Source of the DNA: Candidatus Aminicenantes bacterium
GTDB taxonomy: Bacteria; Acidobacteriota; Aminicenantia; UBA2199
Length of the DNA stretch: 64,000 nt
NCBI GenBank assembly: GCA_011049425.1
Contig: DSBM01000119.1
Span: forward strand, 24,622 to 88,621
Direction of reading: 5' to 3'
In this document: one piece after another, positions 46,306 to 55,205 of the stretch
Layout: each line of letters starts with the position of its first letter
Numbering within the stretch: the first letter of the stretch is position 1
Made by a program: the position numbers and the translations under genes
The notes under the pieces: model-generated
Databases searched by the model: none
The model's input: the letters and a program-made list of their open reading frames with translations, nothing else
Told to the model about the DNA's origin: nothing

Positions 46306-47900
46306 GTATCTACAGGGCTCATATTATGCTCCCCGTTGACGAGGGGACGATCCAGGCAGGCGTTTTTGAAATCAAGCGGGAACTGCAGGCGTTGTTGCAA
46401 AAAGAAAACCTGGATCGGGAAATAAAAATTCTCGAGGCCGGCACCATCGGCGTGATCGGCAAAGGCGTGCAGTTGGTGGTATATCCGGACAACGTGACCT
46501 ATTTCAATGTCACCCCCGAAAGCCTGAAAGAGATCGTTGCTGAACATATCGTGAAAGGCCGGGTGGCCAAGAAGCTGGAACATTCGGTCGCGGAAAAGAA
46601 GCTCGAACCGGAAGGTCAAAAATCGATCGGGCTGACCCGGGCACAACAACGCATCGTGCTGAACAAGTGCTGGAAAATCGATCCCGAAAGTATCGACGAT
46701 GCGCTGGCATCCGGAGGGTACCGCGGCATAGAGAAGATTTTCAGCCGGAACATCACTCCCGATCAGGTCATTCAAGAAATAACCGATTCCGGCTTGCGCG
46801 GCCGTGGCGGTGCTGGATTCCCGACCGGCCTGAAATGGACGTTTACCCGCAAAGCCGAGGGAACGGAAAAGTTCATGATCTGCAACGCGGATGAAGGAGA
46901 ACCGGGAACTTTCAAAGATCGACTGATCATGGAAGGTGATCCGCATAAATTGATTGAGGGTATGATGATCGCGGGATATGCGATCGGTGCCGGCAAGGGA
47001 TTCATCTATATCCGGGGAGAATACCAGCTCTCCATTGACCGCATCCAGAAGGCCATAGAACAGGCCCGCGCATACAACCTGCTTGGTGAACGGATTCTGG
47101 ATACTGATTTCTCTTTTGACCTCGAGATCAAGAAAGGCGCCGGGGCGTATGTGTGCGGCGAGGAAACATCGTTGATCGATTCGCTGGAAGGGAAAAGGGG
47201 ATATCCGAGGATCAAGCCGCCTTTCCCGGCCAATAGAGGGTTGTGGCAGAAACCCACCTGTGTCAATAACGTGGAAACATTGGCCAATGTGCCGGAAATC
47301 ATTTACGAAGGAGCCGAATGGTTCCGCAAGTTCGGTACGGAAAAATCAACCGGGACCAAGGTGTTTACCATCCTGGGCCACGTGGAGTTCCCCGGCCTGA
47401 TCGAGACTGAAATGGGAACACCGTTGCGGGAGATTATCTTTTCCTACGGTGGCGGCATAAAAGGCGGGAAGCGGTTCAAGGCGGCACTGGTCGGCGGCGC
47501 GGCAGGGGTGTTTCTTTCCGACAAGCTGCTGGACGTGCCCATGGATTTCGAGAGCCTGAAAGAGAATGCCGCCGTGCTGGGTTCCGGGGCCATTTTGGTG
47601 ATGAACGAGGATGCCGATATGGTGGACATGCTGTCATCCGTTCTCCAGTTTTTCGCACATGAATCCTGCGGACAATGTGCGCCCTGCCGGGTTGGAACCA
47701 GTCAATTGTACGGCTTGATATCCCGCATCCAGAGCGGAGAGGGACGGGAAGAGGACATCGACCAGATGGTGACTATTTCGGAAGCGCTGTTCCAAACGTC
47801 CTTGTGCCCCCTGGGCCAATCCCTGATCATGCCGGTAAAAAGCGCCGTAGAGAATTTCAGACAAGATTTTCTGAATAGAATCAACCATTCAGATAATTAG
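46302..47900 (+). CDS. NuoF/FdsB-type flavoprotein subunit (module 2): Cys-free N-terminal Trx-like domain, no C-terminal ferredoxin domain
   Basis: GLRGRGGAGFPTGLKW; ESCGQCAPCRVG. GTG start overlaps the upstream TGA. Confidence 0.92.
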   Translation: MSIYRAHIMLPVDEGTIQAGVFEIKRELQALLQKENLDREIKILEAGTIGVIGKGVQLVVYPDNVTYFNVTPESLKEIVAEHIVKGRVAKKLEHSVAEKKLEPEGQKSIGLTRAQQRIVLNKCWKIDPESIDDALASGGYRGIEKIFSRNITPDQVIQEITDSGLRGRGGAGFPTGLKWTFTRKAEGTEKFMICNADEGEPGTFKDRLIMEGDPHKLIEGMMIAGYAIGAGKGFIYIRGEYQLSIDRIQKAIEQARAYNLLGERILDTDFSFDLEIKKGAGAYVCGEETSLIDSLEGKRGYPRIKPPFPANRGLWQKPTCVNNVETLANVPEIIYEGAEWFRKFGTEKSTGTKVFTILGHVEFPGLIETEMGTPLREIIFSYGGGIKGGKRFKAALVGGAAGVFLSDKLLDVPMDFESLKENAAVLGSGAILVMNEDADMVDMLSSVLQFFAHESCGQCAPCRVGTSQLYGLISRIQSGEGREEDIDQMVTISEALFQTSLCPLGQSLIMPVKSAVENFRQDFLNRINHSDN

Positions 47901-47914
47901 GCAAGGAGGAAAAC

Positions 47915-50623
47915 ATGTCAGAAAGGGTCATATTATCCATCGACGGCAAAGAGATATCAGCGGAAAACGGGGCCAACCTGCTACAGGTGGCCAGGGATAA
48001 CGGGTTTGATATACCCGGTCTCTGTTACTACAACAAAATTTCTCCCAGTGGGGATTGCAGGTTGTGCGTAGTGAAAATCGAGGGCAGGCCCGGAATGGTT
48101 GCTTCGTGCATGCTTACGGTTGAAGAGGGGATGAAGGTTACGGCGTTTGACAAAGAGCTGGAAGAAAAGCGCAGACTGCTGCTGGAACTGATCCTCTCCG
48201 AGCACAACGACGATTGCATCAACTGTACCCGTGACGGTGACTGCGAGCTTCAGGACCTGGCTTTCCGCTACGGGATTGAAACGGGGAAGCGGCGTTTCCC
48301 CTCGATCTGGCGGGAGATCACCCAATTTCAGGACGAAGGCTCTCCCGTACTGCTGTACGATTCCACCAAGTGCATCAAATGCGCCCGTTGCATTAAAGCC
48401 TGCTATGAAATCCAGGGCAAGGGCGTGTTGAATTTCGCCAACCGCGGTATGGAGACGGTGATCGTCGCCGGCCTGGCGGACTGGAAAGAATCCGAATGTG
48501 ACGGTTGCGGCGAATGTGTGCAGGCCTGCCCGGTGGGGGCCATTGCAGACAAACCGGTATATGGACAGCGCGTACGGAAAAAAGACGCGGAAAAACATGT
48601 TGTTACTACCTGTGCCTATTGTGGAGTCGGCTGTCAGCTCAACCTGTGGGTGAAAGACAACAAGATCATCAAGGTCAAGGGCGAAGACCTGGTTCCCAAT
48701 TTCGGTGCCACCTGCGTCAAGGGCCGCTTCGGCCTCGATTTCGTGGATAAGAGTGATCGCTTGACCACACCCCTGATCAAGGAAAACGGCAAGTTCCGCG
48801 AAGCGGATTGGGACGAAGCCCTTGATCTCGTGGCCCGGCGTTTTTCCCAGATCAAGGAACAGCATGGCCCCAACAGCCTGGCCGGGCTCTCTTCCGCGCG
48901 CTGCACCAATGAAGAGAACTTTGTCTTCCAGAAGTTCATGCGCGCCGTGATCGGTACCAACAACGTGGACCATTGCGCCCGCTTGTGCCATGCGTCAACC
49001 GTCGCCGGTCTGGCCAGTACTTTCGGTTCCGGTGCCATGACCAACTCCATTGAAGAGTTGGAACATGCGGACGTGATCCTGGTAACCGGTTCCAACACAA
49101 CCGAAACCCATCCGGTGATCGCCACCCGGATCAAGCGCGCCGTCCTGTTTCACGGCGCCAAATTGATTGTGGTGGATCCACGCAAGATCGACCTGGTCAA
49201 GTACGCAACCGTATGGATGCAGCAGCGGAACGGAACGGACGTGGCCTGGATGAACGGCATGATGAACGTGATTCTCAATGAGGGTCTGGAGGACAAAGAG
49301 TACATTGCTTCCAGAACAGAGGGTTACGAAGAATTCAAAAAAGTGGTTGAAAAATATACCCCGGAGAGAGTGGAAGAGATCACGGGGATTCCCAGGGAAA
49401 AGATCATTGAAGCCGCGCGGGTTTACGCCGGCGCCGACGCAGCCAGCATTGTCTACTCCATGGGTATTACCCAACATACCACGGGCACGGACAATGTGCG
49501 TTCGACCGCCAACCTGTCCATGTTGACGGGAAATGTGGGCAAAGAATCCGCGGGCGTCAATCCCCTGCGCGGCCAGAACAACGTCCAGGGCGCCTGTGAC
49601 ATGGGGGCGTTGCCCAATGTCTATCCCGGGTACCAGGCGGTAACCCTACCCGCGGCAAAAGAGAAGTTTTCAGGAGCCTGGGGCCGGGAAATGGACGATA
49701 AGGTCGGTTTGACCGTTGTGGAGATGATGAACGCCGCGGCTGAAAAAAAGATCAAGGCCATGTACCTGATGGGTGAGAACCCCATGGTGTCCGATCCCAA
49801 CCTGAACCATGTCAAGGAAGCATTGGAAGCCCTGGATTTTCTGGTTGTTCAGGATATTTTCCTGACCGAGACCGCCCAGATGGCCGACGTGGTGCTTCCC
49901 GTGATGCTTTTTGCCGAGAAAGAAGGCAATTACACCAACACGGAACGGCGGGTCCTCTGGTTGAACAAAGCCGTGGAGGCCCCGGGCAAGTGCCGCGTGG
50001 ATTGGGAAATCGTGTCCGAGATCGCCCGGCGCATGGGTTATGCGATGAATTACGGTTCCATCAAGGATATCATTGATGAGATCAATGCCCTGACGCCGCA
50101 GTATGCGGGAATCACCTACGAGCGCATCATGAACGGTGAACGGTTGCAATGGCCGTGCCCGGATGCCAGTCACCCGGGAACCAAATTCCTGCACAAAGGC
50201 AAGTTCGCCCGCGGCAAGGGTCTGTTCTTTCCGGTTGAGTATATTCCGCCGGCTGAATGGCCGGATGAGGCCTATCCTTTCATGCTTTCAACCGGTCGGA
50301 TTCTCTACCATTACCATACCGGTTCCATGAGCCGGAGGGCGCAGGCGTTGAATGAATACGTTGCGGGTCCCTACATGGAGATGCACGTGCGTGATATGGA
50401 AAGAATGAATATCAAGCACGGCGAAGAGGTGTTGGTATCATCGCGCCGGGGACAGATCAAAACCTTTGCCTGGCAAAGCGACCGCGTGGATGAAAAGTCG
50501 GTATTTATTCCCTTTCATTTCGCGGAAGCCGCGGCCAACGTGTTGACCAATGACGCCCTGGATCCGGTTGCCAAGATCCCGGAATTCAAAGTTGCAGCCT
50601 GTAAGATTGAAAAAATAGGTTAA
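47915..50623 (+). CDS. fdhA: formate dehydrogenase catalytic subunit (FdsA/NuoG-like N-terminus plus Mo/W-bisPGD domain), cysteine type
   Basis: N-terminal [2Fe-2S] CYYNKISPSGDCRLC, [4Fe-4S] motifs CIKCARCIKAC and CDGCGECVQACP, TTCAYCGVGC. Active site NNVDHCARLCHAS, with Cys (48986-48988) where FdhH has Sec. Confidence 0.95.
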   Translation: MSERVILSIDGKEISAENGANLLQVARDNGFDIPGLCYYNKISPSGDCRLCVVKIEGRPGMVASCMLTVEEGMKVTAFDKELEEKRRLLLELILSEHNDDCINCTRDGDCELQDLAFRYGIETGKRRFPSIWREITQFQDEGSPVLLYDSTKCIKCARCIKACYEIQGKGVLNFANRGMETVIVAGLADWKESECDGCGECVQACPVGAIADKPVYGQRVRKKDAEKHVVTTCAYCGVGCQLNLWVKDNKIIKVKGEDLVPNFGATCVKGRFGLDFVDKSDRLTTPLIKENGKFREADWDEALDLVARRFSQIKEQHGPNSLAGLSSARCTNEENFVFQKFMRAVIGTNNVDHCARLCHASTVAGLASTFGSGAMTNSIEELEHADVILVTGSNTTETHPVIATRIKRAVLFHGAKLIVVDPRKIDLVKYATVWMQQRNGTDVAWMNGMMNVILNEGLEDKEYIASRTEGYEEFKKVVEKYTPERVEEITGIPREKIIEAARVYAGADAASIVYSMGITQHTTGTDNVRSTANLSMLTGNVGKESAGVNPLRGQNNVQGACDMGALPNVYPGYQAVTLPAAKEKFSGAWGREMDDKVGLTVVEMMNAAAEKKIKAMYLMGENPMVSDPNLNHVKEALEALDFLVVQDIFLTETAQMADVVLPVMLFAEKEGNYTNTERRVLWLNKAVEAPGKCRVDWEIVSEIARRMGYAMNYGSIKDIIDEINALTPQYAGITYERIMNGERLQWPCPDASHPGTKFLHKGKFARGKGLFFPVEYIPPAEWPDEAYPFMLSTGRILYHYHTGSMSRRAQALNEYVAGPYMEMHVRDMERMNIKHGEEVLVSSRRGQIKTFAWQSDRVDEKSVFIPFHFAEAAANVLTNDALDPVAKIPEFKVAACKIEKIG

Positions 50624-50641
50624 TCCAAAAGGAGGAGACGC

Positions 50642-51472
50642 ATGCAGATGGAGTGCAAGAACCCCGCCACTATTGCTGCTGACCTGGCGAATAGTGTGTG
50701 TGTGAAGAAGGTGAAATCCAGTGTGTTCAACCTGACCGTACTGGGAATCCTGGCCGGCGTTTTTATCGGCTTTGGTGCCTGGCTCGCAACCGTAGTCGGC
50801 CACGACATGGGGGCCAATCTGGGCTTAGGCATGACCAAGTTCATGATGGGCGCCGTCTTTAGCGTCGGCCTGATGCTGGTGGTCATTGCCGGAGCGGAAC
50901 TGTTCACCGGCAACAACCTGATCGTATTGAGCGTGTTAGAGAAAAAGGCGAGCTTTGGCGGACTGATGCGCAACTGGTCGATCGTGTATGTTGCCAACCT
51001 GGTCGGCTCCGTGTTGCTGGCGCTGATTATTTTTTACGGCGGCTTGTGGAAAATGGGAGGAAATGCGGTCGGGAATTTTGCTATGGGCATCGCCAATGGA
51101 AAAGTCGACCTGGCTTTCTGGCCGGCGTTATTCCGGGCCATTGGCTGTAACTGGCTGGTATGCTTGGCTGTATGGATGGCGCTCTCTTCAAGAGACACCG
51201 TGGGTAAAGTATTTGCCATCTTTTTCCCCATCATGGCCTTTGTCGCGTCTGGATTTGAGCATAGCATTGCCAACATGTTCTTTATCCCCATGGGCTTGCT
51301 GCTCAAGACCGTCGGACTGGCCGGTGTTGACGCTTCTTCCAACTTGAATATGTACGGATTCCTGGTCAGAAACGAAATCCCGGTCACACTGGGCAATATC
51401 GTCGGCGGAGCCTTTTTCGTGGCTACGCTGTACTGGTCGGTGTATATCCGCAAACAGAAAGAGATCGCGTAA
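50642..51472 (+). CDS. focA: formate/nitrite transporter family protein
   Basis: Six-TM FNT pattern: GAELFTGNN..., FEHSIANMFFIP. Confidence 0.9.
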   Translation: MQMECKNPATIAADLANSVCVKKVKSSVFNLTVLGILAGVFIGFGAWLATVVGHDMGANLGLGMTKFMMGAVFSVGLMLVVIAGAELFTGNNLIVLSVLEKKASFGGLMRNWSIVYVANLVGSVLLALIIFYGGLWKMGGNAVGNFAMGIANGKVDLAFWPALFRAIGCNWLVCLAVWMALSSRDTVGKVFAIFFPIMAFVASGFEHSIANMFFIPMGLLLKTVGLAGVDASSNLNMYGFLVRNEIPVTLGNIVGGAFFVATLYWSVYIRKQKEIA

Positions 51473-51490
51473 GTATCGGGGGAACTGAAA

Positions 51491-51524
51491 AGCGGGAAAG
51501 CCTCAGGCTTTCCCGCTTTTTTTT
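51491..51524 (+). terminator. Rho-independent terminator after focA
   Basis: AGCGGGAAAGCC-TCA-GGCTTTCCCGCT, a 12-bp perfect stem followed by T8. Confidence 0.85.
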
Positions 51525-51551
51525 CCATTGTGAACACAAGCGAGGCGAAAC

Positions 51552-52280
51552 ATGCAAGAGATGCAGGAAATGTTGGAAATTCAGCGCTACCGCGACGGAA
51601 AAATCACGGCCTTGCAGGATGCGGTGGTGGTGGAGCGGCTGGTTTCATTGCGGATCAACAACGAAATCACTATTCATCACTCCATGTCTCCGGCATTGTA
51701 TAGGGAATTTGCAACCGGCTTTATCTTGACTTCAGGGATGGTCACGTCTCCTGGGGATATATCCCAAGTATTGGTTGATGGGGATACCATCAACGTCCAT
51801 GTGCGAAACTTACAGGTTCCAAACGCAAGCGGCAAAGGCGTCGGCGGGGGATGGATGCCACTTGATATCACGAAAAAAAAGACTCCTTTGCACCTTCTCC
51901 GACTCGATTTAAAAATCCTTGAGAGTTTGTTTGGGGATTTTTCACAGCGTTCAGCGATTTTCCGCCAAACCGGAGGCATTCATTCCGCGGCTCTATCGGA
52001 CGGGTCCCAGGTAGTCTGTTTTGTTGAGGATATCGGGCGCCACAATGCGGTTGACAAGGTGGTGGGAATGGCGATACTGGCTGGTAAAGACCTTTCCGGC
52101 CTGGTGTTGTTGACCAGTGGCCGCATATCAGCTGAAATTGTCAACAAGGCATATCAGGTCCGAATCCCGGGTGTGGTCTCGCATTCCGCTCCCACCAGCC
52201 TGGCGGTGCAAATGGGAACGCGATACGGTATGAGACTGGTGGGGTTTTTACGGGGAAACCGTTTTAATATCTATGCATGA
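51552..52280 (+). CDS. fdhD: formate dehydrogenase accessory protein FdhD/FdsC family
   Basis: FRQTGGIHSAAL, EDIGRHNAVDKVVG, LLTSGRISAEIV, SAPTSLAV. Confidence 0.85.
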   Translation: MQEMQEMLEIQRYRDGKITALQDAVVVERLVSLRINNEITIHHSMSPALYREFATGFILTSGMVTSPGDISQVLVDGDTINVHVRNLQVPNASGKGVGGGWMPLDITKKKTPLHLLRLDLKILESLFGDFSQRSAIFRQTGGIHSAALSDGSQVVCFVEDIGRHNAVDKVVGMAILAGKDLSGLVLLTSGRISAEIVNKAYQVRIPGVVSHSAPTSLAVQMGTRYGMRLVGFLRGNRFNIYA

Positions 52281-52332
52281 ACAGCGGCACGGTCTGCCGG
52301 GCCCCTGTTCATGGCTGCACATCTGCTGCAGG

Positions 52333-53451
52333 CTAGAATCCGTAGATCACGCTGAGGATGAGCTGGTTGGTTTTGGCTTTATCGTCCACCTGGAGATAAC
52401 CACTCATGAAATGGGTGTATTCCAGGCCGAAGGAAACTTTCCCGCCCATGTGGTATTGAATGCCACTGAAAATACAGTTGGTGTTTTGAAGCGTGGCCAG
52501 GCCCAATTGTTCATTTTCGGTCAGGTTCTCAAAAGCGTAACCCAGCCATAGGCTGGCCTTTTTCAGTTTGTACAGGATTTCCGCCCAGAAACTCATTACT
52601 TTCACGCCATCAAAAGCGTTGTTAGGTGTATCCTGAAAAACTCCGGCCCGTGAAAGGAATACCGAGAGATTCTCGCCCATGCCGAATTCGCCCCGCACGA
52701 TCAACTTGTCTGTTGCCGGGATGATCCAGTCCAGGCTGATTCCCGCGATGTTTACATCTGATTCTACGCCGAATGTGCTATGGCGGTCCTTGCCATAGGC
52801 TGTGGAAAGACCCAGCTTGGTTTGTTTCTTGTTACCGAGGGTTAGTCCCAGTCTGGCCTGGAGGATGGGCATGCCGGTTGCGATGGCGCCCGGCACCGTG
52901 GGGTCATTCAAACTCAAGGCGAAATTAAAATTTTCCTGCGTCACGGTGATGCGGAGCTGGGCCCGGCGGAATCCCAGGTTTCCCGTGTTCCACATGTAGC
53001 CGTTGGTCATCATGGTTGTGGGGCCGAGAGGAGAGAACAGGTCCCAGAACTGACCGGCCAGGACGGTGACGGTTCCTTTGGAGAGGGTCAGATAAGCGTG
53101 ACGGGTGCGAAACTTCATCTGGTTGCGGTTGGCACCATCAAACAGGTCCAGCTCAAGCGTACCCTTGACCTTCCAATCTCCGGGGATTTTGGGCCCGACG
53201 ATGTTCAAGCCGAAGCGGCTGTTCATGGCGGTGAAACCGGTGGCGTTGTCGCTGCCGGCCACGGCGAAACGGGGAGCGATCAGGCTGTTGGTCGGGTTGT
53301 CCTGGAAGGTGGCGTCAAATTTAAAGAAACCATACAGATCAACCTTGTACATCTCCGTGTCCACGAGTTTGATCGCGGCTAGCCCGGGAGAAACAAGGCT
53401 GATGAAAAGAATCGGGGCCAGACAATACAGAAGCAAGCGTTTCTGATACAT
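52333..53451 (-). CDS. outer-membrane porin-like beta-barrel protein
   Basis: GGAGAA RBS then ATG at 53451. Signal peptide LLLYCLAPILFISLVSPGLAA, alternating amphipathic strands, C-terminal ...LSVIYGF. Confidence 0.7.
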   Translation of the reverse strand: MYQKRLLLYCLAPILFISLVSPGLAAIKLVDTEMYKVDLYGFFKFDATFQDNPTNSLIAPRFAVAGSDNATGFTAMNSRFGLNIVGPKIPGDWKVKGTLELDLFDGANRNQMKFRTRHAYLTLSKGTVTVLAGQFWDLFSPLGPTTMMTNGYMWNTGNLGFRRAQLRITVTQENFNFALSLNDPTVPGAIATGMPILQARLGLTLGNKKQTKLGLSTAYGKDRHSTFGVESDVNIAGISLDWIIPATDKLIVRGEFGMGENLSVFLSRAGVFQDTPNNAFDGVKVMSFWAEILYKLKKASLWLGYAFENLTENEQLGLATLQNTNCIFSGIQYHMGGKVSFGLEYTHFMSGYLQVDDKAKTNQLILSVIYGF

Positions 53452-53568
53452 GACTTTCTCCACTGCAATTTGTTGTTTGATATTGAATGCAATAATAACT
53501 CAAGTTTGCCCTGATGGCAAGGGCATGTTCGACTCATATATCCCGGAATCGAACAGAGGAAATGGCGG

Positions 53569-53597
53569 TTGCCCTCGAAAACGTTTTTCATTATAAT
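53569..53597 (+). promoter_or_regulatory. sigma70-like promoter upstream of mobA
   Basis: TTGCCC (53569-53574), 17-nt spacer, TATAAT (53592-53597). Confidence 0.35.
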
Positions 53598-53650
53598 CTG
53601 GCTCTCAATGAGCGAAATCTCAAATAAATTGCACATTCTGGGTTAGAGAG

Positions 53651-54268
53651 ATGCGGCAGAAAAAATCCGTTACCTGTGCCATCCTGGCTGGAGGCGCCAG
53701 CAGGCGGTTTGGAGAAAACAAGCTGGCTTTGGAGTTCTGTGGCAAGAGCTTCCTGCAACACATTGTCGCTACTTTGACCGCAGTCTCCGAAAACATCATT
53801 GTAGCTGGGGAGAATTGTGAAAATTTGAATGTGGCGCCATACCTTTGTTTTTGTGATCGTTTCGCACTTCATGCATCGATTGTCGGAATTCATACAGCGC
53901 TGTGCCACGCTCCGACGGAGGCCGTACTGGTTGTGGCCGGAGATCTGCCGTTACTGAAAGTAGAGTTGCTGCAACTCTTGATCTCGCGGTTTTTTTCCAC
54001 TAAAAGTGATGCAGTTGTTCCAGTCGTGAACAACTACATGGAACCCCTGGTGGCCGTGTATGCCAGGAAAAACCGAGCGGTAATCGAGGAGAACATTTAC
54101 CAGCGAAAACTAAAAATCGCAGATTTTATCGGTCGTATCAATACTTCTGTCTTATCTGAGAAAGAAGTTAGGGCCGTGGATCCCGAATTACAGTCTTTTT
54201 TGAATATCAATACGCCGCATGATTACCGCAAATTGCTCGATAAGTTTTCTACTGCCGATAAAGCATGA
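53651..54268 (+). CDS. mobA: molybdenum cofactor guanylyltransferase
   Basis: CAILAGGASRRFGENKLA, VVAGDLPLL. Confidence 0.8.
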   Translation: MRQKKSVTCAILAGGASRRFGENKLALEFCGKSFLQHIVATLTAVSENIIVAGENCENLNVAPYLCFCDRFALHASIVGIHTALCHAPTEAVLVVAGDLPLLKVELLQLLISRFFSTKSDAVVPVVNNYMEPLVAVYARKNRAVIEENIYQRKLKIADFIGRINTSVLSEKEVRAVDPELQSFLNINTPHDYRKLLDKFSTADKA

Positions 54269-54322
54269 AAAGCCGAGGCAATGCTTTGCGGATTGTGTCC
54301 GGCGCGGGCTGTTAACGCGGGC

Positions 54323-54351
54323 TTGACATAGCAACCTATCGATACTATGCT
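54323..54351 (+). promoter_or_regulatory. sigma70-like promoter of rex with overlapping twin palindromes
   Basis: TTGACA (54323-54328), 17-nt spacer, TATGCT (54346-54351). TATCGATA occurs at 54337-54344 and 54351-58, bracketing the -10. Confidence 0.5.
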
Positions 54352-54378
54352 ATCGATAATGCAATTGCGGAGTTACAG

Positions 54379-55050
54379 TTGGCAAAAAACAAAGTACCAA
54401 AAGTATCGGTACCGGTCATGCGCCGTTTGCCGGTGTACCACCACTTCCTGACCGGATTGGCTGAAAAGGGAATTGAACGGGTTTCTTCTACAACAGTGGC
54501 CCATCAATTCGGTTATGATCCCATCAAAGTTCGCAAAGACCTGGCCTTGACCGGCGCGGTGGGACGCCCCCGGGTCGGATTTGTCACCCGTGACCTTTTG
54601 AAGCACATTGAAGCATTCCTGGGATGGAGTCAATCCCAGGAGGCGGTACTTGCCGGATGCGGCGCCCTGGGATCAGCCCTGCTGGGGTACGAGGGGTTTT
54701 CCCAATGCGGTTGGGAGATCCTGGTAGCGTTCGACAAAAATCCCGATCGCGTGGGATCCCGAATTCATGGCAAGCCGGTGATGCCGCTGGAAAGCCTTTC
54801 CGAAGTCTGCCGCCGCATGAAGGTTCAAGTTGGCATTATCACAGCGCCGGCAAAATCAGCCCAGAAAATCGCGGACATGATGGTGGATGCCGGTCTGCGG
54901 GGAATTTGGAACTTTGCGCCCACATCGGTGCAGGTGCCCGAAGGCGTGATTCTTCAACAGGAAAATCTGTTGGCTTCACTCACCATTCTGGGGTTGAAAC
55001 TGAAGTTCATGAAGTCCGAGCAAAAACCGGGTCTGGTGATAGATGAGTAA
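54379..55050 (+). CDS. rex: redox-sensing transcriptional repressor Rex
   Basis: VPVMRRLPVYHHFL, ISSTTVAHQFGYDPIKVRKDL, Rossmann LAGCGALGSALLGY. TTG start. Confidence 0.9.
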   Translation: MAKNKVPKVSVPVMRRLPVYHHFLTGLAEKGIERVSSTTVAHQFGYDPIKVRKDLALTGAVGRPRVGFVTRDLLKHIEAFLGWSQSQEAVLAGCGALGSALLGYEGFSQCGWEILVAFDKNPDRVGSRIHGKPVMPLESLSEVCRRMKVQVGIITAPAKSAQKIADMMVDAGLRGIWNFAPTSVQVPEGVILQQENLLASLTILGLKLKFMKSEQKPGLVIDE

Positions 55051-55205
55051 CCCGGTTGCAATGGCAAATATGTCTTTTTCATGGTATCATATTAGCAGGC
55101 TGAAGAGTGCGGATGTGTTCATGGATCGCAGAGATCTGCTAAAAAAAAGCACAAATTACGTTCCCAAAGTTCAGTCCCGGCTGATTCCGTAAAGGAGGTG
55201 CAACC

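Noticed and set aside
48971-48994. Checked the FDH active site for an in-frame TGA (selenocysteine).
   Set aside because: The ORF is uninterrupted and the position is a TGC Cys codon (48986-48988, ...HCARLCHAS...). No SECIS is needed.
53541-53560. GGAATCGAAC, a T-arm-like string that could mark a minus-strand tRNA.
   Set aside because: The flanking sequence cannot form the T stem, acceptor stem or anticodon arm.
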